Shown in pieces: positions 14,313-21,835 of a stretch of DNA of 21,835 bases. The notes under the pieces were generated by a model. The model saw only the letters and a program-made list of their open reading frames with translations. It was not told the origin of the DNA and did not search any database. Origin of the DNA: Eledone cirrhosa (lineage: Eukaryota). Position 1 is the first letter of the stretch. The number at the start of each line of letters is the position of its first letter. The stretch is taken from contig CAXHJY010000865.1 in NCBI GenBank assembly GCA_964016885.1, positions 1 to 21,835 of the forward strand. The letters run 5' to 3'. Position numbers and translations under genes: made by a program.

Positions 14313-14489
14313 GAAATTCGTTTGTTTGAATTCATGACTCCAGTTCCTCAGTGAAATAACAACCCAACCAGGAACTGGTCATATCAGAGTATTGACAATA
14401 TTAGACACCTCAACAACATATGTACTTGTCTACCATACTTCAGACTGCCTGAAGAGGTCTACATAATTCAGACTGTCTACATAATTCAG

Positions 14490-14544
14490 ACTGCCTGAAG
14501 AGGTCACAGCCAAAGATGGCTGTCACTGAAATATATATAGCAGT
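14490..14544 (+). ncRNA. Type I minimal hammerhead ribozyme (PLE type)
   Basis: Stem I ACUGC/GCAGU; CUGAAGA 14495-14501; 11-bp stem II GGUcACAGCCA-AAGA-UGGCUGUcACU (one C.C mismatch, closing G.U); GAAA 14528-14531; palindromic UAUAUA stem/loop III; AUA^ after 14539; AAUAAA 14545-14550. Confidence 0.85.
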
Positions 14545-14597
14545 AATAAACGAAGCTAAATTTTAAACATTTGACTTTTTATTTAACTTTATTTTAA

Positions 14598-17902
<3,305 letters not shown>

Positions 17903-17998
17903 CGTTATTCCGGGTTGAATCGGAGGTAACCACAGTAAGTGATGATTTCTAATGAATGAAACAGTTCTAGTCCTGTAGAATCTCATCTATATTAAAAC

Positions 17999-21415
<3,417 letters not shown>

Positions 21416-21660
21416 CTTCCACATCTAGAATAAGGAGCAGGTATTGCAATAGCCTGGGATTCAAGGGCCCTCCTTGTTATCCAGGATCCCGGATGAGCCC
21501 ACAGCAAGACACGAGGGAAACCTAAGGGCAGCAGCAACAAACTCCCTCCTACACCAGTGGCCAACCTATACAGGCTGGAGATAAAATGTGTAGCAACAGG
21601 GGCGGTGCCCCAGCATGGCCTCAGCCGGAAGGCTGAAACAGTTAAAGAGTAAAAGAGTAA
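21416..21660 (+). mobile_element. 3' end of a CR1-group LINE with an internal deletion, 3' UTR and AAAGAGT-type tail
   Basis: [18 protein letters not shown], then a frameshifting deletion, then [10 protein letters not shown]...[11 protein letters not shown]...stop 21582-21584. The UTR has GGCGGTGCCCCAGCATGGCC, the hairpin TCAGCC-GGAA-GGCTGA, and TAAAGAGTAAAAGAGTAA. Confidence 0.75.
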
Positions 21661-21790
21661 TACATATATATACATATATATATACACATAATATATATAA
21701 TATATATAATATATACACATATATATATACACACATATATATACACATTATATATATACAAACTATATATATACATACATATATATATAC

Positions 21791-21821
<31 letters not shown>

Positions 21822-21835
21822 ATAATATACTATAA
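21661..21835. repeat. Degenerate (TA)n/CA microsatellite to the window end
   Basis: Same motif, with more AA/TT phase breaks. Confidence 0.95.

Noticed and set aside
17923-17945. Micro-exon (GTAAGT donor) or C/D snoRNA (GUGAUGA box C)
   Set aside because: No upstream acceptor or pyrimidine tract, and no terminal box D CUGA.

Overview
Non-genic eukaryotic DNA. By my recollection of the retroposon tail motifs it is probably cephalopod/octopus-like, which is unverified. About 70% of the window is kilobase-scale interrupted (TA)n/CA microsatellite. It strictly alternates pyrimidine-A, with C on the + strand and almost no G, and this explains all the huge Y/I/M/C/V/H/T ORFs as artefacts. Embedded in it are islands of non-LTR retroelement sequence: (i) two head-to-tail copies of a ~0.6 kb internally deleted RTE-type element with a C2H2 finger remnant (4227-5212, -); (ii) a 5'-truncated RTE LINE with an RT domain, a PHD finger inserted in the RT, one frameshift, a 3' UTR and a (GAT)n tail (7016-9585, +), plus two short tail copies; (iii) a second RTE family copy with a twin-priming-type inversion (9890-10294); (iv) two CR1-group ORF2 C-terminal fragments; (v) two long palindromes. 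The most interesting signal is a cluster of hammerhead ribozyme motifs of the minimal Penelope-like-element (PLE) type. Two are complete type I folds (12174-12226 and 14490-14544, +), one is a 3' half (11484-11518, -), and one is a 47-bp-arm palindrome that looks like a hammerhead folded back on its own stem II (11315-11420). No host gene could be supported. All folds and alignments were done by eye; no searches were run.
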